From the NCBI GenBank assembly GCA_050952625.1, contig JBMNLH010000001.1, positions 81,056 to 145,055 of the forward strand: a stretch of DNA of 64,000 bases, in the 5' to 3' direction. Position 1 is the first letter of the stretch; each line of letters opens with the position of its first letter. The notes under the pieces are model-generated. The model was not told the origin of the DNA, did no database searches, and was given only the letters and a program-made list of their open reading frames with translations. Made by a program: the position numbers and the translations under genes. Below are positions 9,662 to 20,066 of this stretch, one piece after another. Source of the stretch: Bacillota bacterium. GTDB lineage: Bacteria > Bacillota > Ch66 > Ch109.

Positions 9662-10480
9662 ATGCATTCGCGGACGATCAACCGATCGGTTAAACGATAT
9701 TACCGACAAGGACGAGTCGAGGAGTTTCTGGACTGCCTGGTTCGGGAGTTTCCCGTCACTCTCTACTTCAATGACCACGAACTAGTTACATTGTTGTGTA
9801 CACCGGAGTATTTAGAAGATCTGGCGGTTGGTTTTTTAGTCTCCGAAGGGCTGATGCGGAGCCGAGAAGAATTGGAGTCAGTGGTAGCTGATTATGATAA
9901 AGGTCAGGTTTGGGTCAAGAGTTCGGCTGCCCACTTTATCGCAGAAAAGACATTTTTAAAGCGCTACCTGACTACCGGCTGTGGGAAAGGCACCAGTTTT
10001 TACAACCTAAACGATGTCCAAAGCTGTCGTCCAATAACCTCAGGGTTGCACGTGGACTTGGGACAGGTACTAGATCGAATAAAAGACCTGCAAACCAATT
10101 CCCAATTATTTCAAATCACAGGGGGAGTCCATAGTGCCGCTTTGGCCACGGCCGAAGAAGTTATTTTGTATCGAGAGGACATTGGCCGACATAATGCCGT
10201 TGATAAAATATTGGGATACTGCTTAAGACAAGGACAGGAACTAGCTGAAAGGATAATGCTGACCAGTGGACGTTTATCTTCTGAGATGCTGTTAAAGGTA
10301 GCCAAGGCCGGCATTCCCATGGTTGTTTCGCGTTCCGCCCCCACTGATCTGGCCGTCGAATTAGCCGACCAACTAGGCATTACCTTAGCGGGATTTGCCC
10401 GGGGACCGCGTTTTAACGTGTACAGCCATCCAGAGCGGATAGTTGGGTTGAGGGATGGAGGCATAGGGACGGAGACATAG
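9662..10480 (+). CDS. fdhD: Formate dehydrogenase accessory sulfurtransferase FdhD
   Basis: 272 aa with GGVHSAALA...GRHNAVDKILGYCL...MVVSRSAPTDLAVELADQLGITLAGFARG, the typical FdhD/NarQ pattern. Confidence 0.8.
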   Translation: MHSRTINRSVKRYYRQGRVEEFLDCLVREFPVTLYFNDHELVTLLCTPEYLEDLAVGFLVSEGLMRSREELESVVADYDKGQVWVKSSAAHFIAEKTFLKRYLTTGCGKGTSFYNLNDVQSCRPITSGLHVDLGQVLDRIKDLQTNSQLFQITGGVHSAALATAEEVILYREDIGRHNAVDKILGYCLRQGQELAERIMLTSGRLSSEMLLKVAKAGIPMVVSRSAPTDLAVELADQLGITLAGFARGPRFNVYSHPERIVGLRDGGIGTET

Positions 10481-10612
10481 GATGAGATATTGGGATATGA
10501 GAGGTTAAGTAAAAACTTATGCTTAAGGGTAAGGCGGCTGGGCGTTAGAGATAAAGCAACTGAAGAAATAAATATTATTTATTATTAATAAAGTAACGAG
10601 AAGGAAGAGATC

Positions 10613-11134
10613 ATGGGACAGCGATCAGTAGTGGAATCGGCAGGAGGGAGAGTCCCTCTTTTTTCTGTAGTAGGGGCTTCCAACTCCGGAAAAAGCACAC
10701 TTTTGATTAAACTTGTTCAAGCCCTAAAGAACAGGGGCTATCGGGTAGCGGTTATTAAACATTCGCGAAATTTTGAAGTAGATCAGCCCGGCAAGGACAG
10801 CTGGCGTTATCGGGCTGTTGGAGCTGGACCGGTAATTTTGGCGGGTCCGGAGCAGATGGTCCTCTTTCGGGCCTGGGAAAAAGAATGGGAACCCGAGGAG
10901 ATTGCTCAGAGCTTGACAGATGTAGATCTGGTGATTACAGAAGGCTATAAAAAGGGAAAGCGGCCCAAAATTGAGGTCTTCCGTGAAGATAACTCCCGCG
11001 AGTTGATCTGTCCGCCCGAGGATCTGATCGCCGTGGTCAGCGATGTTAATAAGGATTGGGGAGTGCCGGTTTTTGACCTGGAGCAAATTAAAGAATTGGC
11101 AGATTTTGTAGAAGCCCGATTTCTAAAACGGTAG
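10613..11134 (+). CDS. mobB: Molybdopterin-guanine dinucleotide biosynthesis adapter MobB
   Basis: P-loop FSVVGASNSGKSTLLIKL followed by YRVAVIKHS, at a MobB-like size of 173 aa. Confidence 0.75.
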   Translation: MGQRSVVESAGGRVPLFSVVGASNSGKSTLLIKLVQALKNRGYRVAVIKHSRNFEVDQPGKDSWRYRAVGAGPVILAGPEQMVLFRAWEKEWEPEEIAQSLTDVDLVITEGYKKGKRPKIEVFREDNSRELICPPEDLIAVVSDVNKDWGVPVFDLEQIKELADFVEARFLKR

Positions 11135-11146
11135 AAGGGTGGGTCC

Positions 11147-13084
11147 GTGCTGGCGTTAATGAATAAAATCAAGGTTACTTTGTTGCCAGAAGACAGAGAA
11201 ATATGGGTTCCTCAGGGAGAAATGCTTAGTGAGGCTTTACTGATGGCCGGGTTTGCCCTGGAAACGCCTTGTGCCGGGCACGGGGTTTGTGGCAAATGCA
11301 AGGTTCAAGTCATGGGTGCTCTGGCTGCTTCTACTTCCGCCAGTGGCGAATCTGCCGGTCACCTCGAACTCTACGCGGCTGAGTGGCAGCACCTAAGCTT
11401 GGAAGAGATACAGCAGGGCTACCGCTTAGCCTGTCAAGTGGTTTTACAAGAGGATGTCCAGGTGAGAATATCCTCTGAGTTTCGGGAAGTATTACGGAAA
11501 ACAATTGATATAACGAGTACTGGAAATGGCAGTAAATTCCCATTGTGTCCACTAGTCCGCAAAGCGTTTTTGGTGCTGCCGGAGCCGACGCTGGAAGACC
11601 GTCTGGGTGACTGGGAACGAATGGAACGTGGCCTGGTGGAAAAAGGCTTTTTGCCTCGACCGGATCAGATGGAACGGGGACTGCAATTAGATGGAGCGGT
11701 TTTACAGGAACTCCCCCGGGTATTAAGGGTCAATAATTATCAGGTTACAGCGGTTCTTTATGACAGTAAGCTGATTGCAGTTGAAGCCGGCGATACCACT
11801 GCCAGCAGCTATGGGATAGCCTTAGACATCGGCACCACGACGATGGTTGGAGGTTTAATTGATCTAGCAACCGGGGAACAATTGGCCGTAACCAGCCGCA
11901 CCAATCCTCAGCGTTCTTTTGGGGCTGACGTTATTTCTCGCATTTCTTTTGGCAGCCAAGGGAAATCGCAGCTTGAAGAATTGCAGAGCCGACTGCTAGA
12001 AGCGGTGAACCAGATGATTGATGAGTTAATAGAAACAGCTCAGGTTGACCGAAAGCACATCTATGAAGCTGTCGTGGTGGGAAATACGGCTATCCACCAC
12101 CTGTTTTTAGGACTTGACCCCACCTACTTGGGACAGGGGCCTTATGTACCAGTAGTTACCCGGCCGCTGCGGGTGAAAGCGCGCCAATTGGGAATTCACC
12201 TGCGTGATTCGAGCTACCTTTATTTGCTCCCGAACATCGCTGGCTTTGTGGGCGGGGATGCCGTTGGGGTAATCTTGTCGACCGGTTTATATCAGAGTTC
12301 GGATATTAGACTGGCGGTGGACATTGGTACTAACGGCGAAATCGTTCTCGGCAGTGCTCAGCAATTATTGGCCTGTTCGACCGCCGCCGGACCGGCTTTC
12401 GAAGGAGCGCGAATTAAGCATGGCATGCGGGCAGCTGAGGGAGCGATTGAAAAGGTGATAATGGAAGAAGACGTAAAAGTCGCCGTCATCGGGTCCGTTC
12501 TCCCAGTGGGGGTATCCGGCTCCGGGCTGATTGATGCGGTAGCAGAAATGCTGCGGTTAGGCATTATTGATCATACCGGGCGGATTCTAAGTCAGGCTGA
12601 ACTCCCCGCTGAACTGCCGGAGTCGATTCGCCGTCGGGTGGTGAAGGATAACAACGGTCGGGAATTTATCCTGGTATGGGGCGAGGAATCGGGCAGCAGT
12701 CGGCCGATTACGATTAACCAGGAGGATATTCGTGAGCTGCAGTTAGCCAAAGGCGCGATTACCGCGGGAATTAAGGTCTTACAAAAAGAACTGGCCATCA
12801 AAAAAGACCAAATTGCCGAGGTTTACCTAGCCGGGGCTTTTGGCAGCTGTATTAATCCGGTAAGTGCCATGGCGATTGGCTTGATTCCGGCCATGCCTCC
12901 GGGTCGGGTCAAGGCTGTCGGTAATGCCGCCGGGGCCGGGGCCAAACTGGCCTTGTTATCACGTTCAGCCCGGAAGCAGGCCGCAGGAATTGCCAGGGAA
13001 GTCAGGTATATTGAACTTTCCGGCCGGCCTGATTTTCAAGAAGCTTTTTTAAATGCCATGTATTTTCCAAATTTACGCCGGTGA
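11147..13084 (+). CDS. RACo-like corrinoid activation/regeneration protein (N-terminal 2Fe-2S ferredoxin plus ASKHA/DUF4445 ATPase)
   Basis: The N-terminus carries the plant-type ferredoxin motif CAGHGVCGKCKV. A large ASKHA-fold domain follows (DIGTTTMVG, DIGTNGEIVLG). The architecture matches RACo/AcsV-like reductive activators. Confidence 0.7.
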   Translation: MLALMNKIKVTLLPEDREIWVPQGEMLSEALLMAGFALETPCAGHGVCGKCKVQVMGALAASTSASGESAGHLELYAAEWQHLSLEEIQQGYRLACQVVLQEDVQVRISSEFREVLRKTIDITSTGNGSKFPLCPLVRKAFLVLPEPTLEDRLGDWERMERGLVEKGFLPRPDQMERGLQLDGAVLQELPRVLRVNNYQVTAVLYDSKLIAVEAGDTTASSYGIALDIGTTTMVGGLIDLATGEQLAVTSRTNPQRSFGADVISRISFGSQGKSQLEELQSRLLEAVNQMIDELIETAQVDRKHIYEAVVVGNTAIHHLFLGLDPTYLGQGPYVPVVTRPLRVKARQLGIHLRDSSYLYLLPNIAGFVGGDAVGVILSTGLYQSSDIRLAVDIGTNGEIVLGSAQQLLACSTAAGPAFEGARIKHGMRAAEGAIEKVIMEEDVKVAVIGSVLPVGVSGSGLIDAVAEMLRLGIIDHTGRILSQAELPAELPESIRRRVVKDNNGREFILVWGEESGSSRPITINQEDIRELQLAKGAITAGIKVLQKELAIKKDQIAEVYLAGAFGSCINPVSAMAIGLIPAMPPGRVKAVGNAAGAGAKLALLSRSARKQAAGIAREVRYIELSGRPDFQEAFLNAMYFPNLRR

Positions 13085-13316
13085 AGATTCCTCTAGCGGG
13101 GATGGGCATACCATAAAAATTCGAGGTTGTCCGAAATATGTAGCGAAAACGTTGGTATAAGTAAACCATCTAGCTATGAGTCAAAGAAACAGGAATTTCC
13201 AAGTAAGGTAGGAATATTATTCTACAAAGAAAGGAACGGGAACAATAATAAATCAAAATGAAACTGGTTTTGGAAAAAACCCGGTTGTTCCGTCCAAAGC
13301 CAAGGCAGATGTCCCA

Positions 13317-14540
13317 TTGTCGCTCCAACGAGCCAGGGTGCTGACTGCCTGTTCCCACCGCCAACCCGATCAGGTGCCCAAAGGGGAATTCGGGATTGAG
13401 CCGGGTTTGCGGCAGCGGCTGCTTGGGTTGTTGCGCAAGGAACAAAGAATAATAAGCCATCCGGATAAAAACGTACCTGCTCCTGCGGGTAGTTGGCAAA
13501 ATCAAGGGAGCGACCAGGCCAACAAATTATTGACCAAGAGCAAGTCAAGCGAGTCAGAGGAAATAGAACCACCAAAAAGCAGTTTTATCCACGCGGAATC
13601 GCCAAAGGACCAGACTGATCGAGAAATGGCCGAACTGATCTCGGTGTTGGCCGGGTTGGACATGGATCTTACCGCTGCGAACCCATATTTCGCGCCCCGT
13701 CAGGATTTAGGGCCTGACCCCCGCGGCCGGCGGCGGTGGCTGGATTTCTGGGGAAATGAAGTAATTGAGGTTGGGGCGTCCACCGGCGTAGTTAGACCGG
13801 CCTGTTCTGGAATCAAGGAACTGCTGAACTACGCTTTCCCCCAGTTGGAGACAGTGGATTTTGCCATGATTAAGCGGTGGTCGCAGGAGACCCCGTTTTT
13901 TATTTTCAGCCAGGTGCCAGGACCGTTTAGCCTGCTGGCCGGGTTAACCTCGTTTCTGGATTTTTTACGGTTTACGGAAACTAACCAGTTGGAATTAAAG
14001 CAATTAGCCGCAGCAGCCGGCCAATGGCTGGGGGACTTGCTGCAAGCGTGCATTACCGCTGGAGCCCAGGGAATAGTGATTACCGAGGACCTGGCTTATA
14101 ATCGAAGCCCCTGGATACACATAAAGGTATTGCGTCAAGTATTTTGGCCTGCTTTAGCGGAGATGGTCGAGTTAGCGAAAAAGGCCGGGGTGCCGGTTTT
14201 ACTGCATTGTGATGGAGATGTCCGTTCCCTGCTGCCCGAGGTGGCGGACCTGGGTTTCAACGGAATTCACTCCCTGCAGCCTTCAGCCGGAGTTAATCTT
14301 GAGGTAGTTAAGGCTGAGTATGGTTCCCGACTTTGCCTGATGGGCAATCTCGATTGTGATTACCTCCTGCCGCAGGGAACTGTAGCAGAAGTTGAGGCAG
14401 CCACTCGGGAGACCTTGCGGGTGGGCAGCCCCGGCGGCGGATTTATCCTGAGCAGCAGTGCTGGCATCCTTTCCTCAGACTGGCCAGCGGAAAACGTGCT
14501 GGCCATGTACCGAACGGCTGCTTCAGGCAAGTTTTTCTAA
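13317..14540 (+). CDS. Uroporphyrinogen decarboxylase (URO-D) family protein, MtaA/CmuA-like methylcobamide methyltransferase, with a low-complexity N-terminal extension
   Basis: The C-terminal 300 aa read VLLHCDGDVRSLLPEVADLGFNGIHSLQP...LMGNLD, the URO-D/MtaA fold signature. The first ~100 aa are low complexity, so the true start may be the internal Met near 13623. Confidence 0.6.
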   Translation: MSLQRARVLTACSHRQPDQVPKGEFGIEPGLRQRLLGLLRKEQRIISHPDKNVPAPAGSWQNQGSDQANKLLTKSKSSESEEIEPPKSSFIHAESPKDQTDREMAELISVLAGLDMDLTAANPYFAPRQDLGPDPRGRRRWLDFWGNEVIEVGASTGVVRPACSGIKELLNYAFPQLETVDFAMIKRWSQETPFFIFSQVPGPFSLLAGLTSFLDFLRFTETNQLELKQLAAAAGQWLGDLLQACITAGAQGIVITEDLAYNRSPWIHIKVLRQVFWPALAEMVELAKKAGVPVLLHCDGDVRSLLPEVADLGFNGIHSLQPSAGVNLEVVKAEYGSRLCLMGNLDCDYLLPQGTVAEVEAATRETLRVGSPGGGFILSSSAGILSSDWPAENVLAMYRTAASGKFF

Positions 14541-14787
14541 GGAATTGTTATGTTAATGGGAATTGTTATGTTAACGCTCAGGTTGACCTAGAGCCAGTTA
14601 TTGTCATTGATGGTTGTGTCCTTGGGGCATGGATGGTTAACAAGCCTTGGATTAAAAAGACAAGAGTATACTAGGAACTATGACATACGGCAGCAGAAAA
14701 AAGATCTGGGCGGGCTAGAAAAGATAGCAGGGAATCCGGAAGTAATTCCAGATTCCCTGTCTTATGGATTGGCACATTATTTATGAA

Positions 14788-15651
14788 CTAGCCGCGGATG
14801 AACATCTGAGTCCAGTAATGCTTGTACGATCCGCCAGCAGCGTAACCAATGCCGATCTGGTTATAGTTGGCGTTCAGGATGTTTTGCCGGTGACCCGGGC
14901 TGTTCATCCAGCCTTGAACCACCTGTTGAGGGGTGGTTTGCCCAGCCGCAATATTTTCCCCGGCAGCGGTAAACTTAATCCCGAAACTCCGCATCATATC
15001 AAACGGAGAACCATAGGTCGGTGAGTTGTGATCAAAATAGTTTTTATCCCGCATATCTTGAGACTTGATCCGAGCAACTCGAGACAGTTCCGTGTTTAAC
15101 TTCAGGGGAGCTAGACCAGCTTTCGCTCTTTCGGCATTAGTTAAATCCAGCACCTGTTGTTCAAAGGAACTGATGTTAGACTGTTCACCAGGCGTTGGTT
15201 CACTGGGTGCCGGTTCGCTAGGAGTCGGCTCGTTCGGAGTCGGTTCACTGGGAGTCGGCTCACTAGGCGTCGGTTGACTTGGAGCCGGTTTATTCGGAAC
15301 CCATTTATCCGTAGGTTGACTTGGCTTTGCTTTACCATTTGTCCATTGATTATTCGGAGTTAAACGGTATTTGAAGTTAAATTGACAGTTGGCCGAATCG
15401 TTTCCCGGCAGGCAGATAATTTGTCCGGCGCAAAGTTGGTCTGCGTTCTTCAGTTGCGGATTGGCTTTTATTAGATCACTAATTTGCAGATTGCATTGAT
15501 TGGCGATTTTCCACAGCGTATCACCCTGAGCTACTTGGCAGTTGTTTGCTCCAAAGGCTAATGATCCCGGTAAGATCAATGCCAGACTGAGGAGCAGGGC
15601 AACTACGATTCTGGGAGGTCTTCTTTTTGGGAACAGGTGCTTTGGCGACAA
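14788..15651 (-). CDS. Secreted LysM plus CAP (SCP/YkwD-like) domain protein with a Pro/Thr/Ser-rich linker
   Basis: Signal peptide, a LysM motif (VAQGDTLWKIANQCNLQISDLIKANPQL) and a (PT/PS)EP repeat linker. The C-terminal CAP domain reads GHRQNILNANYNQIGIGY. The start is TTG with a GGAGG RBS. Confidence 0.75.
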   Translation of the reverse strand: MSPKHLFPKRRPPRIVVALLLSLALILPGSLAFGANNCQVAQGDTLWKIANQCNLQISDLIKANPQLKNADQLCAGQIICLPGNDSANCQFNFKYRLTPNNQWTNGKAKPSQPTDKWVPNKPAPSQPTPSEPTPSEPTPNEPTPSEPAPSEPTPGEQSNISSFEQQVLDLTNAERAKAGLAPLKLNTELSRVARIKSQDMRDKNYFDHNSPTYGSPFDMMRSFGIKFTAAGENIAAGQTTPQQVVQGWMNSPGHRQNILNANYNQIGIGYAAGGSYKHYWTQMFIRG

Positions 15652-16062
15652 GAGAACCCCTCCTCTAAAAAAATATGTTGATAGGCAAAGTCGCTTGTTT
15701 CTGACTGCTGCCTACCTGGAAGTTATTCTAAGGTTGTCGGTAAAAAACGTCAATCGGATAAATATTGGTAATAGGGTAGGAATAAACTTGAATGCTTGTC
15801 TTTTAACGGTTGATAGGCTAGCAGGTAAATAGTGGCAGGGGCATGGAGCTAACCCGAAGGTTAGCCAAAGATGGGGAATTCATTAAGCAAGAGCCAACAA
15901 TTGTTGGTGATTATCTTTAACTTACGCTTGTGTTTTAATTCGGTCAGCAGACTAAGCTGGGAACGAACCGAGACCGCTTCGAGCAGGCATCAAATCCGCC
16001 CAGCGAGCTTAGACATTGATGCCTGCTAATCCTCAGCCGTCTCCGTTCAGAGCTTATGACAT

Positions 16063-17388
16063 TTATTTTCCCAGCGGGTTGATCACCAGGCCGGTAATCA
16101 GCTTGGGATAAAAATAGGTTGATTTTTGCGGCATCTTATCCCCGGCTGCGGCGACCGCGGTAACCTCCTCCACTTGGGTAGGGTTTAGGAAAAAGGCTAA
16201 CTGATCAACTCCTGAATTAACCAGATTTAAGGCCTCTTCCTCGCTTCGGGTATAGGTCAGGTGGTCCTGGTTTTTCCGCTGTTCACTGCCGATTCCGAGC
16301 ATTTGGTCAAGGATTAAGTTGTCTAAAATTGCTACATCCAAGTTCCGCCAAGCTGCTGAGCGTTTAGGATCAAGCAGGTCTTGAGGGGAGCATTCTGGTC
16401 GCATGGTCAGCAGATACAATACCCGGTCCCGTGAATACATCCCAAAAGCGTGGCCGGACTTTCCTTTTTCTTCAAGCAGCTTAAAGAAGTCAGTGATGAT
16501 TTGTTGATTTTCTTCCTTGCCGGCTGGTATCGGAAAGGCTTTTAAATCAAAATAGGCATTAAGCTGTTCCTTGAGTCGGGGAAAATCTAGATTGCGGATG
16601 TTTTTCACCAGGCGGTGAGTGGGTAGGATCAACATACCGGGATCATATAGGTTTACTAAGGTCATTAAAACAGTGTCATAACCGGTTAAACCTTGGGACT
16701 GCATTTCCTCGGCGTAGCTCAGAGCCGTTTCGTAACGATGGTGGCCATCCGCGATATAGACCGGCTTATTGGCCATATAATTGACTACTGTAGTTAGTGC
16801 CGTGGGATCGGTAATCACCCAGAGTCGATGGGTCTCTCCAGCCTCATCGGTGAATTCCACATCAGCTGGCCTGTTTTGTCGCGCTTCGCTTAAGGTTTGA
16901 TTAATTAAATTTTCAGCGTCTGCATACAGACCAAAGACTGGGCTGAAGTTTGCTTGACAGGCCCGCATTAGCTGTAATCGATCAGCCTTGGGTTTGGAGA
17001 GAGTTTCTTCATGCGGTAAAATATTTCCTTTGGAATAAGGTTCCAGATGAATTCCACAAATAAAACCGGTGCGAACCTTTTTTTCCCCACGCAGGTCAAA
17101 TTCTTGTTCGTACAAGTATAAGGCCGGTTTTTCTTCTCGAACCAGGATTTCTTCTTCTTGCCAGCGGGTAAAATAGCTGGCAGCTCTAGTGTAACGGTTA
17201 TTTTTTTCATCATCCTGCGCAAAAATTTGCCCTAATTCAAGGCGGATAATGTTACTGGGATCGTTAGCATAATAGCGAGCTTGAGCAACACTGTCGATAA
17301 TATCATACGGCGGGGTAACTACCTGAGAAAGGTCTCCAACCTTGGCTCGGTTGTAGCGGATTCCCCGAATGGGAATGACAGTAGCCAT
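16063..17388 (-). CDS. DUF1015 family protein
   Basis: 441 aa. The N-terminus MATVIPIRGIRYN and overall size fit DUF1015. Assigned from memory. Confidence 0.55.
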   Translation of the reverse strand: MATVIPIRGIRYNRAKVGDLSQVVTPPYDIIDSVAQARYYANDPSNIIRLELGQIFAQDDEKNNRYTRAASYFTRWQEEEILVREEKPALYLYEQEFDLRGEKKVRTGFICGIHLEPYSKGNILPHEETLSKPKADRLQLMRACQANFSPVFGLYADAENLINQTLSEARQNRPADVEFTDEAGETHRLWVITDPTALTTVVNYMANKPVYIADGHHRYETALSYAEEMQSQGLTGYDTVLMTLVNLYDPGMLILPTHRLVKNIRNLDFPRLKEQLNAYFDLKAFPIPAGKEENQQIITDFFKLLEEKGKSGHAFGMYSRDRVLYLLTMRPECSPQDLLDPKRSAAWRNLDVAILDNLILDQMLGIGSEQRKNQDHLTYTRSEEEALNLVNSGVDQLAFFLNPTQVEEVTAVAAAGDKMPQKSTYFYPKLITGLVINPLGK

Positions 17389-17527
17389 AATATCCTCCTT
17401 ATCCCTTGTCAGTACAAAGCCTAACCTATTTTAGTATAAGTTTAGCTGTAATTCAATGGGTTCGAAAATTAGCAAAACGAAAAGATTTTTGGTAAAATGC
17501 AAGAAGACTAAGTGGAATAAGGGTGGA

Positions 17528-18268
17528 ATGGGACAGGTGTTAGTTGATTACCATATTCATGGGATCGGCCATCGGACCAATAAACATACAGCTCCGGAAC
17601 TAGCTAAGTATATTGAGCAGGGGATAGCCCAAAACTTGACCGAAATTGGTTTTGCCGATCATGATGAATATCTGCTCGAACTAGATTTTTCAAGTTTTCT
17701 TTACCTGCAAAAGCGTTATTCGCAAATCAGGCTTCGCCTTGGCTTGGAAGTTGATTATCGACCGGGACAGGAAATACTGTTGAACCAGCGGCTAGCACCC
17801 TATCAATTCGACTACCTGATCGGGTCGATCCATTTTATCGGTGATTGGCCTTTCGATCATCCAGCTTATACCGCCGGGTATGCTGCCTGGGACATTGATG
17901 AATTGTACAAGACATATTTTTCATTAGTCACCCAGATGGTGAGATCCGGGCAGTTTGATATTGTGGGACACCTGGATCTGATCAAAGTTTTTGGCTACCG
18001 ACCACGACGTTCGGTCCTCGACTTGGCCGGTTCGACCCTGTCAGCTATCCAAGAAAGCGGAATGACGGTAGAAATTAATACGGCTGGTTGGTACAAGCCG
18101 GTGGGTGAGGTCTACCCGACCCGGGAACTCCTGGAGGAATGCTTCCGTTTAGGAATTCCAATTACTTTGAGCTCGGACGCGCATGCGGCCCAAGATGTCG
18201 GACGAGATATTGCGTGGGGCCCGCGAAATGGCCTGGGCCGTCGGCTACCGGCAGGTCGCGGTATTTGA
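17528..18268 (+). CDS. PHP-family histidinol-phosphatase (HisJ/HisK-like)
   Basis: VDYHIHGIGH metal-binding N-terminus with downstream His/Asp motifs (GHLDLIK, SSDAHAAQDVG). The start is taken at the internal Met after an AAGGGTGG RBS; the ORF is open from 17456. Confidence 0.6.
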   Translation: MGQVLVDYHIHGIGHRTNKHTAPELAKYIEQGIAQNLTEIGFADHDEYLLELDFSSFLYLQKRYSQIRLRLGLEVDYRPGQEILLNQRLAPYQFDYLIGSIHFIGDWPFDHPAYTAGYAAWDIDELYKTYFSLVTQMVRSGQFDIVGHLDLIKVFGYRPRRSVLDLAGSTLSAIQESGMTVEINTAGWYKPVGEVYPTRELLEECFRLGIPITLSSDAHAAQDVGRDIAWGPRNGLGRRLPAGRGI

Positions 18269-18553
18269 AAAGCGACAGAGGAGTCTGCTGCCTTTGTGAG
18301 TAGACTCTCATATCACTAAGCAGCCACCAGAACAGGCAAAATTAATCGCGCCGTGTTTTAACGCGGATCAGCGATTGATGGTCTGCATCAGCGAACAGCG
18401 GCGGAGGAGGATCTGCCGGCATCACTGGAGCCTGAAGGGCGAGCTTGATGCTGGCTCTAAGCGATAGGTCCGATCACAACCTGGTCTGCTGACCGAGTGA
18501 TAACACAAGAATTTCGAATACATAAAAATTACTATGAAAGGAGTAGACTGATT

Positions 18554-18907
18554 ATGTTGGCTTATGATACAGCTCATCGTTTAGCCCGGGAACTAACTGA
18601 AACCGAGGAGTATCAGGCACTGATTCAGGCTCGGGATAAGGTTTATGAGTCAGAGGCCAATAAGACGATGCTGGAAGACTTTCAGAAAAAACAAACCGAA
18701 TTAAACAAGGCGCACCTAGCTGGGGAACAAATCCCGCCGGAAAAGGTTGAGCAATTGCAAAAATTAATGGAAGTGATGATGATGAATCCGGTGATCAGGG
18801 ATTATCGAATCGCCGAACTAAAAATAGTCCGGCTGATGGGAGACATTGAAAAAATCCTCTGGGATGCGGTCAGGCCGGGTTTGATCTTCACCGAGGGAAT
18901 GGAGTAG
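18554..18907 (+). CDS. YlbF/YmcA family regulatory protein (UPF0342)
   Basis: MLAYDTAHRLARELTETEEYQALIQARDKVYESEANKTMLEDFQ is the typical YlbF helix pattern. An AAAGGAG RBS sits before this Met; the ORF is open from 18497. Confidence 0.65.
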   Translation: MLAYDTAHRLARELTETEEYQALIQARDKVYESEANKTMLEDFQKKQTELNKAHLAGEQIPPEKVEQLQKLMEVMMMNPVIRDYRIAELKIVRLMGDIEKILWDAVRPGLIFTEGME

Positions 18908-19205
18908 TCACGCTTTAGTAACCTCAGTTTCCTTAATTAGCCACCCACGTTCCAAGGACACAACTATCTATGAAAATAGCGGACATATGTCATCCTGAGC
19001 GTTAGCGAGGGTCTTCCTTCTCAGCGTGACAGGATTCTTGTTTCACCAGAATAACACGATATTAAAACTATTTATCAAAACCATTTTCTTTTTAAAACCA
19101 CTTAACCTGGAGGCATACAATATATCTCCGGGTTTTTTGTTTACGAATCGAAGAAAATCTTTATAATTATTGTTGTTTAAAGTCGCGAATAAGGGGGACA
19201 GAGGA

Positions 19206-20066
19206 TTGTATCAAATTGTCGGAAAAAAAGTACTGGCTCCAGGGATCAAACGTTTTGAGGTGGCAGCCCCGTTAGTAGCCCGGAATGCCCAGGCCGGTCA
19301 GTTTATTATGCTGCGGTTAGACGAGTATGGGGAGAGGATTCCCTTAACCATTGCTGATTTGGACCCGGATCAAGGGACCGTTACGATAATTGTTCAAGAG
19401 ATCGGAAAAAGCACTGAATTGCTCGGCCGACTGGAGGCGGGCGACTTTATCCTTGACTTTGTCGGACCGCTGGGTAAACCCTCACATATTAAAAAATTTG
19501 GGCGAGTAGTCATGATTGGCGGAGGGGTAGGTATTGCGCCGATCCATCCCATCGCTCGGGAAATGAAACGAGCCGGCAACGAGGTGATATCGGTTCTAGG
19601 GACGCGCAGCCGTGAGTTACTGATTATGGAAGAGGAAATGAAGCTGGCCAGCACAGAAGTGCTCATTACCACCGATGATGGGTCATATGGCCGTCAGGGT
19701 TTTGTCACTGATGTGCTCAAAGATCTGATTGCCAATCGAGGACCGCTAGACTTAGTAGTTGCGATTGGCCCAATGGTCATGATGGAAGCGGTCTGTCGGG
19801 TAACCCGGGGGCCGGGAATTCCGACCGTTGTTAGTCTTAACCCGATTATGGTGGACGGGACCGGGATGTGCGGGGCGTGTCGGGTTCAGGTCGGGTCGGA
19901 CACGAAGTTTGCCTGCGTTGACGGACCAGAATTTGACGGACACCTGGTCGATTGGGAACTGGCCAAACGTCGGGCCCGCCTGTTCATCCAAGAGGAAAAA
20001 CGAGCCGTCGCCGAACACGCGGCCAAACGGGAGAGGGGGAGATGTGGATGCGGCTGCCATCAGTAG
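19206..20066 (+). CDS. nfnA: NfnA/SudB-like FAD/NAD(P)-binding ferredoxin-NADP+ reductase small subunit
   Basis: PyrK/GltD-small-like sequence: RFEVAAPLVARNAQAGQFIMLR, GGGVGIAPIHPI, and a C-terminal Cys cluster CGACRVQVGSDTKFACVDGPEF. It is paired with the downstream nfnB. Confidence 0.8.
   Translation: MYQIVGKKVLAPGIKRFEVAAPLVARNAQAGQFIMLRLDEYGERIPLTIADLDPDQGTVTIIVQEIGKSTELLGRLEAGDFILDFVGPLGKPSHIKKFGRVVMIGGGVGIAPIHPIAREMKRAGNEVISVLGTRSRELLIMEEEMKLASTEVLITTDDGSYGRQGFVTDVLKDLIANRGPLDLVVAIGPMVMMEAVCRVTRGPGIPTVVSLNPIMVDGTGMCGACRVQVGSDTKFACVDGPEFDGHLVDWELAKRRARLFIQEEKRAVAEHAAKRERGRCGCGCHQ

Noticed and set aside
13170-13575. Minus-strand ORFs 13170..13505 and 13222..13575
   Set aside because: Low-complexity translations opposite the 5' region of the URO-D-family gene. 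They have no RBS and no family resemblance.
15652-15960. Possible cyclic-di-AMP (ydaO) riboswitch upstream of the LysM/CAP gene, since such genes often carry one
   Set aside because: I read the minus-strand sequence. It lacks the conserved CCGAACCCG…CUAACCUCG and GGGGA…CCCA blocks. Only a generic hairpin (ggagctaacccgaaggttagcc) is present.
19952-20041. Upstream extension of the nfnB ORF (track start at 19952)
   Set aside because: It lies inside nfnA. The in-frame ATG at 20042, overlapping the nfnA stop region, gives a normal NfnB N-terminus.
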